From an uncultured delta proteobacterium (GTDB lineage Bacteria; Myxococcota_A; UBA9160; UBA4427), in NCBI GenBank assembly GCA_963822965.1, contig CAWGJT010000012.1:256001-320000 (forward strand): DNA of 64,000 nucleotides. Reading direction: 5' to 3'. Under the pieces are notes generated by a model. That model saw only the letters and a program-made list of their open reading frames with translations. It was not told the origin of the DNA and ran no database searches. The position numbers and the translations under genes are program-made. The stretch's first letter is position 1; every line of letters begins with the position of its first letter. This document shows, piece after piece, positions 9,987 through 19,679 of this stretch.

Positions 9987-11213
9987 TCAGCAGGGCTCGT
10001 CCCCCACCGCGTCCGGCCGCGGACCGACGACCCCCGCCCGGCGAAGGCTCTCGATCTCGTCGGGGGAGAGCCCCAGCTGCAGCAGGATCTCGTCGCTGTG
10101 CTCTCCGTGCAGGGGCGGCGCCCGCCGGATGGCGCCGGGCGTGCGGGACAGCTTCACGGGCAGGCCCGTGGTCCGGAAGGTTCCCAGCTCCGGGTGCGGC
10201 AGCTCGACGAGCATCTCGCGAGCCAGCACCTGGGGATCGCTGAACACCTGGCCCACGTCGAGGACGGGACCGCACGGCACCCCGGCGTCGTTGAGACGGG
10301 CCACCCAGGGCTCGACGTCGGCGCCCGCCAGCGCCCCCTCGATCTCCGCGGTCAACGCGTCCCGGTTGCGCAGCCGCTCGACGGGACCCCGGAAGCGCTC
10401 GTCGTCCTTCCACGCCGGGCACCCCAGCGCGTCGGCCAGCTTCCGCCACATGGCCTCGTTGCCCGCGGCGATGTTCAGGAAGCCGTCGCGCGCCCGGAAG
10501 CGGCCGTAGGGGGAGGAGAGCGGATGGTGCTGGCCGGCCGGCCCCGGCACCGCGCCGCTCTCGAAGAACATTCCGGCACCCCACGACAGGACCCCGACCA
10601 TCGCCTCGAGCAGGGAGGTGTCGACGACCTGGCCCCGGCCCGTTCGCTCGCGCGCGAGCAGCGCCAGCTGGATGCCGTGGGCGGCGAAGATGCCCCCGAG
10701 CAGGTCGCCGATGGCGATGCCCGCCCGCGTGGGCCCGCTCTCGGCCGTCCCCGTCAGGCTCATGAAGCCGCTCATGCCCTGGGCGATCTGGTCGAACCCG
10801 GGTCGCTCGCGATACGGACCCTCGGCGCCGAAGCCCGAGATGCCGCAGTAGACGAGCCCCGGGTGGCGGGCGGTCAGCCGGTCCGCCCCCAGCCCGAGGC
10901 GCTGCATCACGCCGGGCCGGAAGTTCTCGATCAGCACGTCGAAGCCCGGCAGCAGGCGCTCGAAGATGCGACGTCCGGCGGGCTCGCGGATGTCGAGGCT
11001 CAAGGAGCGCTTGTTGCGGTTGCTCGACAGGAAGAAGTAGCTGTCGCGGCGGGCGCCCGGCGGCCGGAACTCCCGGCCTTCCGGCGACTCCACCTTCACC
11101 ACGTCGGCGCCGTAGTCGGCGAGCAGCATGGACGCGAAGGGCCCCGCCAGGTAGCGGGTGAGGTCCAGGACGCGGATGCCTTCGAGGGGCGGCACCGAGG
11201 CTTCGGCGACCAT
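9987..11213 (-). CDS. CaiB/BaiF CoA-transferase (formyl-CoA transferase-like)
   Basis: LEGIRVLDLTRYLAGPF, NRNKRSL, ENFRPG, GFDQIAQGMSG, IGDLLGG. Confidence 0.92.
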   Translation of the reverse strand: MVAEASVPPLEGIRVLDLTRYLAGPFASMLLADYGADVVKVESPEGREFRPPGARRDSYFFLSSNRNKRSLSLDIREPAGRRIFERLLPGFDVLIENFRPGVMQRLGLGADRLTARHPGLVYCGISGFGAEGPYRERPGFDQIAQGMSGFMSLTGTAESGPTRAGIAIGDLLGGIFAAHGIQLALLARERTGRGQVVDTSLLEAMVGVLSWGAGMFFESGAVPGPAGQHHPLSSPYGRFRARDGFLNIAAGNEAMWRKLADALGCPAWKDDERFRGPVERLRNRDALTAEIEGALAGADVEPWVARLNDAGVPCGPVLDVGQVFSDPQVLAREMLVELPHPELGTFRTTGLPVKLSRTPGAIRRAPPLHGEHSDEILLQLGLSPDEIESLRRAGVVGPRPDAVGDEPC

Positions 11214-11220
11214 GCGGTGT

Positions 11221-12012
11221 TCAGCGCCCCTGGAAGCGCGGGCGACGCTTCCCGAGGAAGGCGCTCACGCCTTCGGCGTAGTCGTCGCTCTCGTAGCAGT
11301 CTTCGATCGAGCGCTCGATGGCCTCGTGATCGCGGCGGGACACCTCCCGGGAGAGCTCGGAGAAGACCCGCTTGGCGCTCCGCAGGGTGAGGGGGGCGTT
11401 CTCCGCGATGCCCAGGGCGATCCGGCGCACCTCTGCGTCGAGCTCGGCCTTCGGGAAGACGCGGTTGACGAGGCCCATGTGCCGGGCCTCCTGGGCGTCG
11501 AAGCGGCGTCCGGTGAAGAAGATCTCCTTGGCTGCCGGCCGGCCGACGGTGGCGACCAGCGCTTCGATGCCGCCGGCGCTGTAGCCCAGTCCCAGACGAG
11601 CGGCGGGAATCGCGAAGACGGCGTCGTCGGCCGCGTAGCGCAGGTCGGCGGTCAGGGCGATCGCGCAGCCGCCTCCCACGCAGAAGCCGTGCACCAGCGC
11701 GATCACCGGCTTGCGGATACCGGAGATCGCGGCGAAGGCGCGGGCGTTCTGGGCGTCGTAGTCGGCGGCGCCCTGCCCCGTCCGGCGCGACGAGAACTCC
11801 GAGATGTCCGCGCCGGAGACGAAGGCCACGTCCCCCGCACCGCGGAGCAGGACGACGCGCACGGCATCGTCCCGGTCGAGCGCGTGCGCCGCTTCGGGAA
11901 GCGCCTGCCACATCTCTGCCGTGACGGCGTTGCGCCGCTCGGGGTGGTCGAACACGATCCAGCCGAGGGGTCCCTCGCGTTCGACGCGGATGCTGCCCGG
12001 CGCTGCTGCCAT
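11221..12012 (-). CDS. enoyl-CoA hydratase/isomerase family protein
   Basis: AFVSGADISEF, KPVIALVHGFCVGGG, FAIPAARLGL, KRRPRFQGR. Confidence 0.92.
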   Translation of the reverse strand: MAAAPGSIRVEREGPLGWIVFDHPERRNAVTAEMWQALPEAAHALDRDDAVRVVLLRGAGDVAFVSGADISEFSSRRTGQGAADYDAQNARAFAAISGIRKPVIALVHGFCVGGGCAIALTADLRYAADDAVFAIPAARLGLGYSAGGIEALVATVGRPAAKEIFFTGRRFDAQEARHMGLVNRVFPKAELDAEVRRIALGIAENAPLTLRSAKRVFSELSREVSRRDHEAIERSIEDCYESDDYAEGVSAFLGKRRPRFQGR

Positions 12013-12021
12013 GCGTCGAGC

Positions 12022-13548
12022 CTACCCCAGCCCCGCCGCCACGGACGCTCCGGTGCGAGGCCGCGTCACCCGGGAAAGGGCGGCCAGCAGGGCGCGCGCC
12101 TTGTCGAGGGTCTCCCGGTACTCGGCCACCGGATCCGAATCCGCGACGATGCCGCCGCCCACGTGGAGGCAGGCGCGCTCGTCCACCACCAGCAGCGTGC
12201 GGATGACGACCGAGAGATCGAGCCCACCCCGAACGTCGAGATAGCCGAGAGCGCCCGAGTAGACCCCCCGCCGCAGGGGCTCCAGGCGGTCGATGAGCTT
12301 CATGGCCGCGAGCTTGGGCGCACCCGTCATCGAGCCCGGAGGGAACGCCGCGCGCACCAGATCGATCGCGTCGCACGCCGGTCGCAGGCGGCCGGTCACC
12401 GTCGAGACCATCTGGTGCACCGTCGCATAGGACTCGACGGTCATCAGCTCGGGGACCGCGACGCTTCCCGTCCGGCACACCCGACCGAGATCGTTTCGCA
12501 CGAGGTCGACGATCATCAGGTTCTCGGCCCGGTCCTTCTCGCTCTCGCCGAGCGCTCGCTGCTGCCGGCGATCCTCCGCCGGCGTGCAGCCCCGGGGACG
12601 GGTGCCCTTGATGGGACGGCTCTCGACCCGGCCGGCCGGGTCGAGGCGCAGGAAGCGCTCGGGCGAGCTGCTGAGGATCGCCGCGTCCGGCAGCTCGAGA
12701 TAGGCGGCGAACGGCGCGGGGTTGCACGCGCGCAGCTCGCGGTAGAGGGCGAACGGATCCACGCCCGGGAGCGGAACCTCCATGCGGTGCGTGAGATTCG
12801 CCTGGTAGACGTTGCCCGCGGCGATCTCCTCGAGGATCACGCCCACCGCACGCCCGTAGGACCCTGCGTCGAACGAGGCTTCGAGGCCTTCGGGCGTATC
12901 GACGGGCAGGCCGTCCGCCGCCGCCCGGATTCCTCGCGAGGCCGGAACGACTTCGGAGGCGACGCGGGCCAGCTCGTGCCCGGCGCGGGACGCCCGGCGG
13001 CCGGCCTCGGCGAGACGCCGGCCGAAGCCCAGGCCGATCGCGAAGGCGCGACCCCGCCCGTGATCGATCGCCACCAGCCGGTCGACGAAGAGCAGCGCCA
13101 GGTCCGGCAGGCCCAGGTCGTCGCGTGCGGCGAGCGGGATCGGGTCGATGCGTGCGGCCAGCTCGTAGCCCAGGTAGCCCACCGCTCCCCCCGCGAAGGG
13201 CAGCGCCGCGAGACCGGACGCGTCCGCCGGGCGGGGCGGAAGCAACGAGCGCGCGAGCTCCAGCGGGTCTCCCACGCGGACGCTGCGTCCGGGGGAGAGG
13301 TCGGGACGCACGGGGCGTCGGCAATCCAGCCAGGCCTCCGCGCCCCGGGCCTGCACCACCAGATACGGATCCGCACCGAGGAACGAGAACCCACCCAGGC
13401 GCGGCGTCTCGAGCGCGCTGTCGAGCCACCACGGCCACCCGCCGTCGCGCAGGCGGAGCACCAGGGCAGCAGGATCCGGCACGTGCGGCAGCTCGCGCAC
13501 GTCGACCGCCGTGACGAGAGCTGCCGGGTGGAGGGATTCGGGCGTCAT
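12022..13548 (-). CDS. pabB: aminodeoxychorismate synthase component I
   Basis: GGAVGYLGYE, GNVYQANL, SSSPERFL, SRPIKGT, KDRAENLMIVDLVRNDLG, FPPGSMTGAPK, GGGIVADS. Confidence 0.88.
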   Translation of the reverse strand: MTPESLHPAALVTAVDVRELPHVPDPAALVLRLRDGGWPWWLDSALETPRLGGFSFLGADPYLVVQARGAEAWLDCRRPVRPDLSPGRSVRVGDPLELARSLLPPRPADASGLAALPFAGGAVGYLGYELAARIDPIPLAARDDLGLPDLALLFVDRLVAIDHGRGRAFAIGLGFGRRLAEAGRRASRAGHELARVASEVVPASRGIRAAADGLPVDTPEGLEASFDAGSYGRAVGVILEEIAAGNVYQANLTHRMEVPLPGVDPFALYRELRACNPAPFAAYLELPDAAILSSSPERFLRLDPAGRVESRPIKGTRPRGCTPAEDRRQQRALGESEKDRAENLMIVDLVRNDLGRVCRTGSVAVPELMTVESYATVHQMVSTVTGRLRPACDAIDLVRAAFPPGSMTGAPKLAAMKLIDRLEPLRRGVYSGALGYLDVRGGLDLSVVIRTLLVVDERACLHVGGGIVADSDPVAEYRETLDKARALLAALSRVTRPRTGASVAAGLG

Positions 13549-13613
13549 GCGCGTGACCTTCGCGCGCACGCTACCGCACCCGGGACCCCGTCCCCAGGAA
13601 GCCCGCCGCGGGC

Positions 13614-14573
13614 TCACGTCGCGGGCGGCGAAACCTCGTTGCGCAGGGACTCGCCGCGCACGTAGCGCGTCAGGTTCTCTACGAAGATCGCGCTGGCCCG
13701 ATGCAGGTTGCCCGGCGTCGACCCCGAGCTGTGCGGAGTCACGATCACGTTGGGCAGGGTCCACAGGGGACTCTCGGCGGGCAGGGGCTCGCGCTCGAAG
13801 ACGTCCAGACCGGCACCCCCGAGGTGGCCCTGCTGGAGCGCCTCCACCAGCGCGGACTCATCGACCAGGTCGCCCCGACCCACGTTCACGAGCGTGCTGC
13901 CGGGCTTCAACGTCGCAAGCGCCCGGCGGTCGATCAGCCCCCGGGTCTCGTCGTTCGAGGGCAGCGCCAGCACCAGATCGTCCACGAGGGCGAGCAGCTC
14001 GTGGAGGCGCGAGAGGGGCCAGGTCGTGCAAGGCTCGTCGCCGCGCGGCGTGCGGCGCAGCCCGATCACCTGCATGCCGAAGGCCTGCCCCAGACGGGCC
14101 ACCTCGAGGCCGATGGGACCGAGGCCCACGACGCCCAGGGTGCGCCCCTGCAGATCGACCAGGTCGCGCGGGTTCCAGCGGCGCGCCGCCTGGTCGCCCA
14201 GCCAGCCCGGCAGGTCCCGCGACAGCGCCAGCAGGTACATCATCACGGTCTGCGCGATGGGCACCGCGTGGGCGCCGGAAGACGTGGACACGCGCACGCC
14301 GCGCTCGAGCAGGCGCTGGAAGAACACGTCGTCGACGCCGGCCGAGAAGCTGTGGAGCCAACGCAGGGCGGGCACCTGTCGCAGGGCGAGCAGGAACGGA
14401 CGCATACCCTGGGGATAGAGATCTCCGGAGAAGTACACGACCTCCACGTCGTCGAGCCCAGGGGTCTCCCCCTCGGTCCGCAGCACCACGTGCGGCATTC
14501 CGGGCGCTGCGCGCGATACGCCCTCGCCGTGGAGGTGCTCGACGGTGGCGGTGAGGAGGATCGATCCGGGCAC
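13614..14573 (-). CDS. D-2-hydroxyacid dehydrogenase
   Basis: SAGVD, GVVGLGPIG, LVNVGRG, LDVFEREPL, VTPHSSG. Confidence 0.92.
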   Translation of the reverse strand: MPGSILLTATVEHLHGEGVSRAAPGMPHVVLRTEGETPGLDDVEVVYFSGDLYPQGMRPFLLALRQVPALRWLHSFSAGVDDVFFQRLLERGVRVSTSSGAHAVPIAQTVMMYLLALSRDLPGWLGDQAARRWNPRDLVDLQGRTLGVVGLGPIGLEVARLGQAFGMQVIGLRRTPRGDEPCTTWPLSRLHELLALVDDLVLALPSNDETRGLIDRRALATLKPGSTLVNVGRGDLVDESALVEALQQGHLGGAGLDVFEREPLPAESPLWTLPNVIVTPHSSGSTPGNLHRASAIFVENLTRYVRGESLRNEVSPPAT

Positions 14574-14628
14574 GGCGCGGCGATGCTACCAGCTTCCGAT
14601 CGCCGACGGCTTCCGGTACCCTCGGTAG

Positions 14629-15492
14629 GTGAATCGCATCTGCTTCTACCACGCCGGCTGTCCCGACGGGTTCGGAGCCGCGTGGGCGGCCCGACGAGCC
14701 TGGGGGGAGCACGCGCGCTACGTGCCCCGCCGCCACGAGAACGGCATCCAGGCCGAGGACTACGCGGACGCCTGGGTGGCGTACGTCGACATCGCCCCGG
14801 ACAACGAAGAGCTGCTCGCCCTGGCGCGGGTCGCCGACCAGGTGACCGTGCTCGACCACCACGTCACCGCCCGCGCGCGATACCTGTGCGAGCCGTCCGT
14901 GGCCAACGAGGTCGAGGAGCTCGGACACGAGATCGTGTACGACCTGAAGCATTCGGGCGCCGTCCTCTCCTGGCGATACTTCTGCCCCGACCAGCCCGTC
15001 CCGGACCTGCTGCGATACGTCGAGGACCAGGATCTCTGGAACTGGGCGCTGCCCGACACCCAGGCGGTGAACGCCGCCATCGGCGCCTACCCGCGGCGCT
15101 TCGACGTGTGGGACGAGCTCGCCAGCCGGCCCGTCGAGGAGCTGGCCCGGGAGGGGAGCGCGATCGTGCGCGCCAACCGCGCCGAGATCGAGCGGGTCGT
15201 CCAGAACACCCATCCGCTACGCGTCGACGGACGCCCGGTCGAGGCGGTGAACGCGACCCAGAACCGGAGCGCGGTGGGTCACGAGCTGGCCGAGCGCAAG
15301 ACCTACGGTGTCGAGTGGAGCTGCGTCTATCGCATCACCGGCGACCGGGTCCACGCCACCCTCTACTCCATCGGCGACGTGGACGTGGGCAGCGTGGCGA
15401 TGCGCTACGGCGGCGGCGGGCACCGCAACGCCGCAGGCTTCAACGTGTCCCTGGCCGAGTGGCTTCGCGACTTCCTGCAGCCAGTGCGATAG
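14629..15492 (+). CDS. DHH/DHHA1 phosphoesterase (NrnB/nanoRNase-like)
   Basis: FYHAGCPDG, VLDHH, SGAVLSW, YVEDQDLW, YGGGGHRNAAG. Confidence 0.88.
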   Translation: MNRICFYHAGCPDGFGAAWAARRAWGEHARYVPRRHENGIQAEDYADAWVAYVDIAPDNEELLALARVADQVTVLDHHVTARARYLCEPSVANEVEELGHEIVYDLKHSGAVLSWRYFCPDQPVPDLLRYVEDQDLWNWALPDTQAVNAAIGAYPRRFDVWDELASRPVEELAREGSAIVRANRAEIERVVQNTHPLRVDGRPVEAVNATQNRSAVGHELAERKTYGVEWSCVYRITGDRVHATLYSIGDVDVGSVAMRYGGGGHRNAAGFNVSLAEWLRDFLQPVR

Positions 15493-15562
15493 CGCCGCAG
15501 CTCCCGAAAGCGCCGCAGCTCCCGAAAGCGCCGCAGCTCCCGGAAGCGCCGCGGCTTCCCAA
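15491..15562. repeat. 18-bp tandem repeat x4
   Basis: agcgccgcagctcccgaa x2, then agcgccgcagctcccgga and agcgccgcggcttcccaa; lies between convergent genes. Confidence 0.9.
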
Positions 15563-15573
15563 GAGAGAGCAGG

Positions 15574-16539
15574 CTACCCGCGTTGCCAGCCCGAGTCCTC
15601 GTTCGCGAACGGGAAGAGCAGCACCACCGAGGTGCCGTCCGGAAGCGAGCTCTCGAGGCGCAGCTCGCCCCCCATCGCGCGCACCCCCGCCTCCGCGTCC
15701 GCATAGCGAACCGCGGGCGCGGGCAGGCTCGCCGTGAGGAAGGGCTCGCGCACGGGCGCCACTGCCGTCCCCGACGGTCGCCCCCCCGTGTCGTGGATCT
15801 CGAGGAAGACCCACTGCCCCGGCGGCAGGCCCTGCCACAGGTTTGCGGCGTGGATCGGTCCGTCCCCCTGGCCCAGGATGCCGGTCCACAGGGTGATGGT
15901 CCCCCAGCCCGCACCGATGCTCTCCCTCGCGCGCGCGATCGCACGATCGATCAGGCTCTCGACGCGCTGCGGGTCGGCGAGCACCAGCGGTAGCGCGGGC
16001 TCCAGGCAGGGATCGAAGTCGACGGTGTCCATGAGCGCGTCGCGCTGACGCCGCATGGCTCGGGCCGCCACGGCGCTCAGGTCGACCTCCGCGAGGGCGG
16101 CCTCGCCGCGGGCGCGCCGGCGCTCGCTGATGTCGGTCGCGGTGGCGATGAAGTCCGACACCTCGCCCCGGGCGTCGAAGAGCGGCTCCACCCGCAGCTC
16201 GATCCACAGCTCCGCCCGTCCGGGCGGTGTGAGCGGAATCTCGAGCTCGCACACCCGACCCTGGCGGAAGCAGGCCGCGACGAACTCCACGACGCCCGGG
16301 TCGATGTCCACGTCTCCCAGGAAGCCGTAGACGGGCTTCGAGATGGACTCGTGCAGCGCGTAGCCGGTGACCCGCGTCCAGGCGTCATTCGCCCACTCGA
16401 TCGTACCCGCGCGGTTGCCCACGACGATGGCGCGCTCGCTCTGGCTGGCTCCCGAGGCGAGCTTCCGGAGCGTCGATTCGGGAACGGGCGGTGCGAGCGC
16501 CGGGCCCGGGCTCCTGGACGATCTCGAAGAGAAGGACAT
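15574..16539 (-). CDS. PAS/PAC protein fused to a degenerate histidine-kinase ATPase-like domain
   Basis: IEWANDAWTRVTGY...FIATATDISERR (PAS-PAC), then ADPQRVESL...WVFLEIHDTG...EPF...GGELRLES...GTSVVLLFP. Confidence 0.75.
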   Translation of the reverse strand: MSFSSRSSRSPGPALAPPVPESTLRKLASGASQSERAIVVGNRAGTIEWANDAWTRVTGYALHESISKPVYGFLGDVDIDPGVVEFVAACFRQGRVCELEIPLTPPGRAELWIELRVEPLFDARGEVSDFIATATDISERRRARGEAALAEVDLSAVAARAMRRQRDALMDTVDFDPCLEPALPLVLADPQRVESLIDRAIARARESIGAGWGTITLWTGILGQGDGPIHAANLWQGLPPGQWVFLEIHDTGGRPSGTAVAPVREPFLTASLPAPAVRYADAEAGVRAMGGELRLESSLPDGTSVVLLFPFANEDSGWQRG

Positions 16540-16724
16540 GCGCTGCCTCCAGTGACTTCGATTCGGCTTCGATGCGATCCGGGGGGGCCCGCTCCGAGGT
16601 TAACGCTTCGTCCCCACCTCGCACGCGGCGATCGGACCCGACCCGGGCTCCCGATCAGCGGTATCCTCGCCGGGACGCGCGCGCCCGCAACGGCGCCGCC
16701 GTCGGAGACGAGGAGGAGCCCCCC

Positions 16725-17738
16725 ATGGAGTACACGTACCTCGGCCGAACCGGAATGAAGGTCTCCCGCATCTGCCTGGGATGCATGAGCTACGGCTCGC
16801 CCCGTTGGCGCCCCTGGGTGCTCGACGAGCAGGCGTCGGCGCCGTTCTTCCGGCGCGCCGTCGAGGCAGGCATCAACTTCTTCGACACCGCCGACATGTA
16901 CTCCCTGGGGGCGAGCGAGGAGGTGACAGGACGCTGGCTTCGCGAGTACGCCAACCGGGACGAGATCGTCATCGCCACCAAGGTGTTCTTCCCCTGGAGC
17001 GACAAGCCGAACATGGGAGGCCTGTCACGCAAGCACATCCAGCAGGCCTGCGAAGGCAGCCTGCGTCGCCTGGGCGTGGAGACGATCGACCTCTACCAGA
17101 TCCACCGACTCGATCCCCACACCCCCATCGAGGAGACCCTGGCGGCGTTGGACCTGCTCGTGCAGCAGGGGAAGGTGCGCAGCATCGGCGCCAGCTCGAT
17201 GTACGCCTGGCAGCTCATGAAGGCCCTCTCGATCTCCGACCGGCGGGGGCTCGCGCGCTTCGTCACCATGCAGAACCACTACAACCTCGTGTACCGCGAG
17301 GAAGAGCGCGAGATGATGCCCCTGTGCGAGTCCGAGCACGTGGCCGCCATCCCGTGGTCGCCGCTGGCCCGGGGCCTGCTCGCGGGCACGCGCCAGAAGC
17401 TCGGAGACAAGTCCACGGCGCGCAGCGAGACGGACGGCCTCGATCAGATCCTCTACGACCAGCCCGGCGACTGGGAGGTGGTGGAGGCGGTGAAGAAGGT
17501 GGCCAACGCGCGCGGGGCGAAGCCCGCCCAGGTCGCGCTGGCGTGGCTCCTGCACCGACCCGCCGTCGCCGCGCCCATCGTCGGGGCGACCCAGCTCGCC
17601 CATCTGGACGACGCCATCGCGGCGGTCGAGATCGTCCTCTCCCTGGAGGAAGCGGCCAGCCTGGAGGCGCCCTACCAACCGCATCCGGTGAAGGGTCTCG
17701 CACCGCCGGCGCCGAGCCTGTTCGGATCCACGCGCTGA
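16725..17738 (+). CDS. aldo/keto reductase
   Basis: LGRTGMKVSRICLGCM, FFDTADMY, IATK, IDLYQIHR, PWSPLARG; AGGAG RBS. Confidence 0.95.
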   Translation: MEYTYLGRTGMKVSRICLGCMSYGSPRWRPWVLDEQASAPFFRRAVEAGINFFDTADMYSLGASEEVTGRWLREYANRDEIVIATKVFFPWSDKPNMGGLSRKHIQQACEGSLRRLGVETIDLYQIHRLDPHTPIEETLAALDLLVQQGKVRSIGASSMYAWQLMKALSISDRRGLARFVTMQNHYNLVYREEEREMMPLCESEHVAAIPWSPLARGLLAGTRQKLGDKSTARSETDGLDQILYDQPGDWEVVEAVKKVANARGAKPAQVALAWLLHRPAVAAPIVGATQLAHLDDAIAAVEIVLSLEEAASLEAPYQPHPVKGLAPPAPSLFGSTR

Positions 17739-17768
17739 CCCACGCGCGCCCTCGACGGCGTCGGGTCG

Positions 17769-17850
17769 GGGAGCCTCCGGCCGGCTCCCAAGAGGACAAC
17801 GCTCAGCGTTGTCCTCGGGTTGCCAGTCAGCGCCCTCGCGGGGCGCTGAC
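17769..17850. repeat. three serial hairpins between convergent genes
   Basis: gggagcc/ggctccc; gaggacaacgct/agcgttgtcctc; gtcagcgccc/gggcgctgac. Confidence 0.6.
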
Positions 17851-17853
17851 CGC

Positions 17854-18585
17854 TCAGACGATGACGGACTCGAGGGTCAGCTCGAGCTGGTAGAGCTTGA
17901 ACTCGACCGAGTCGGACACGGCGGCGGCCGCATAGCCGAGATCGTCGGGCAGGGAATCCAGCAGCACGATGCCGCGAACCTCCTGACCGGACTTCCCCAG
18001 GTGGCGACGCACCCAGCCCATGCGCTGCAGCAGGTCGCCCACGAGCTCCTTGCCCCGCTCGGCGTCGGCCACCGCCACCACGACCCAGGCGCCGGCGCTG
18101 TCGCGCGCCAGCAGGTCGATCTTGCCCACCGCCGTCGTATAGCCCGCGCCGACGGGATCCCCGTCTTCGCTGTACACCTGCAGGCCGTCCTCGATCAACG
18201 ACGGCTGGTCCACGAGCATGCGCCGGACGTCCTCGGGACGCACCGAGAAGCCGCCTCCCGTCGAGGAATCGCGCGGCGCCGGTGCGGACGCGCGGCGCGG
18301 GGTGGCCGGGCGTCGCTCGCTGCTGCGACGCTCCTCGCCGCTCCGCCGCTCTTCGCCGGCCGCGCGAGCGGCGGAGGCCTTCCGGCCGGGAGCCGACGCC
18401 CCGCGCTGGCTCTGGCTCGCCGAGTCCTCGTCGAGGGACTGGGCGGGCGGCAGCGGATAGCTCTTGCCCTCCGAGCCGCTCGGAGCCGACGAGCCCAGGT
18501 CGCGGGAGGGACGCGCCTTGCGACCGCAGGTCGGGCAGTTCTGGTCTCGCGGAGACAGCTTCGTCTGACAGGACTGGCAGTACAT
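17854..18585 (-). CDS. Zn-ribbon + low-complexity linker + NucS/EndoMS-like C-terminal domain (degenerate)
   Basis: CQSC...CPTCG; IEDGLQVY...YTTAVGKIDLLARD...VGDLLQRMGWVR...VRGIVL...VEFKLY resembles the NucS C-terminal PD-(D/E)xK domain. Confidence 0.7.
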   Translation of the reverse strand: MYCQSCQTKLSPRDQNCPTCGRKARPSRDLGSSAPSGSEGKSYPLPPAQSLDEDSASQSQRGASAPGRKASAARAAGEERRSGEERRSSERRPATPRRASAPAPRDSSTGGGFSVRPEDVRRMLVDQPSLIEDGLQVYSEDGDPVGAGYTTAVGKIDLLARDSAGAWVVVAVADAERGKELVGDLLQRMGWVRRHLGKSGQEVRGIVLLDSLPDDLGYAAAAVSDSVEFKLYQLELTLESVIV

Positions 18586-18820
18586 GGCGCTCCACCCGCT
18601 TCCGGACCGGAATGGACCCGGCTTCGCTCCGGGTCATCGGTCGACCGGGCCGTCGGGATTAGCCCTGGATCGACCACTCCCCGACCCGTCGGTTGCGTGG
18701 GGCAACACCCACGCGCGTCAGGTTTTCGCGGCTCCGGACACCGGGATCCGGGCCGCGACACTCCCGGACAGCAGAGTCCGTTCGCTATCGTGGAGCCCCG
18801 GAGGACGTCCGCGAGACGCC

Positions 18821-19612
18821 ATGCCCCGCATCCCCCGCCGTCCCTTCGCCAAACGCCTCAAGAAGCGATTCTCCCGATTCCTGAAGCGGGGCGCCCGGCC
18901 CGCGCTGAACCGCCTGCTCGTCCGCTACTCGAAGATCGGAGACCCGGTGGTCTTCGAGAAGGAGATGTTCCCCTGGACGAAGCTCCTCGAGGCCCACTAC
19001 GAGGAGATCCGCGCGGAGGCCCTTCGCCTGCGGGATCTGCGCGACGCCCTGCCCACGTTCCACGAGGTCTCGCCCTACCAGAAGCGCATCTCGAAGGGGG
19101 ACTCCTGGAAGACCGTCTGGCTGTACGGCTTCGGCCACGACTCCGCGGTGGCCCAGGAGCTGTGTCCCGTCACGACGCGCCTCGTGCGCCAGGTCCCCCA
19201 GCTCCAGAGCGCGCTCTTCTCCATGCTGGCGCCCGGCACCCACATCCCGGCGCACCGGGGCGTCTACAAGGGACTCGTCAACTACCACCTGGGCGTTCTG
19301 GTCCCGCAAGAGTCCGAGAAGTGCCGCATGCAGGTGGGAGACCGGCTGATCGTGTGGCAGCCCGGGCAGAGCTACGTGTTCGACGACACGAACACTCACG
19401 AGGTGTGGAACGAGAGCGACGAGGAGCGGATCGTCCTGTTCCTGCAGTTCCATCGCCCCTTCCGCCTGCCGGGACATCTGCTGAGCAAGCTCTTCCTCTG
19501 GGGGCTGCAGTTCACCCCCTACCTGCGCAAGCCCAGGCAGAACGCCCGGGCCTCGGACGATCGCCTGCGGCGCGCCGCCGAGCAGCGGGGACTCCTGCCC
19601 ACACGAGCTTGA
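18821..19612 (+). CDS. aspartyl/asparaginyl beta-hydroxylase domain protein (LpxO-like 2OG dioxygenase)
   Basis: WKTVWLYGFG, CPVT, ALFSMLAPGTHIPAHRG, YHLG, FDDTNTHEVWN, RIVLFL. Confidence 0.9.
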   Translation: MPRIPRRPFAKRLKKRFSRFLKRGARPALNRLLVRYSKIGDPVVFEKEMFPWTKLLEAHYEEIRAEALRLRDLRDALPTFHEVSPYQKRISKGDSWKTVWLYGFGHDSAVAQELCPVTTRLVRQVPQLQSALFSMLAPGTHIPAHRGVYKGLVNYHLGVLVPQESEKCRMQVGDRLIVWQPGQSYVFDDTNTHEVWNESDEERIVLFLQFHRPFRLPGHLLSKLFLWGLQFTPYLRKPRQNARASDDRLRRAAEQRGLLPTRA

Positions 19613-19679
19613 AGGGGCACCGCGTGGGAACACGCGAGGGAGCCGCGTCGAACGCCGGAACGAACAAGGGGGGTGCCCG

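Noticed and set aside
16140..16430. LOV photoreceptor domain
   Set aside because: The PAS lacks the GxNCRFLQ motif and reads SKPVYGFL instead.
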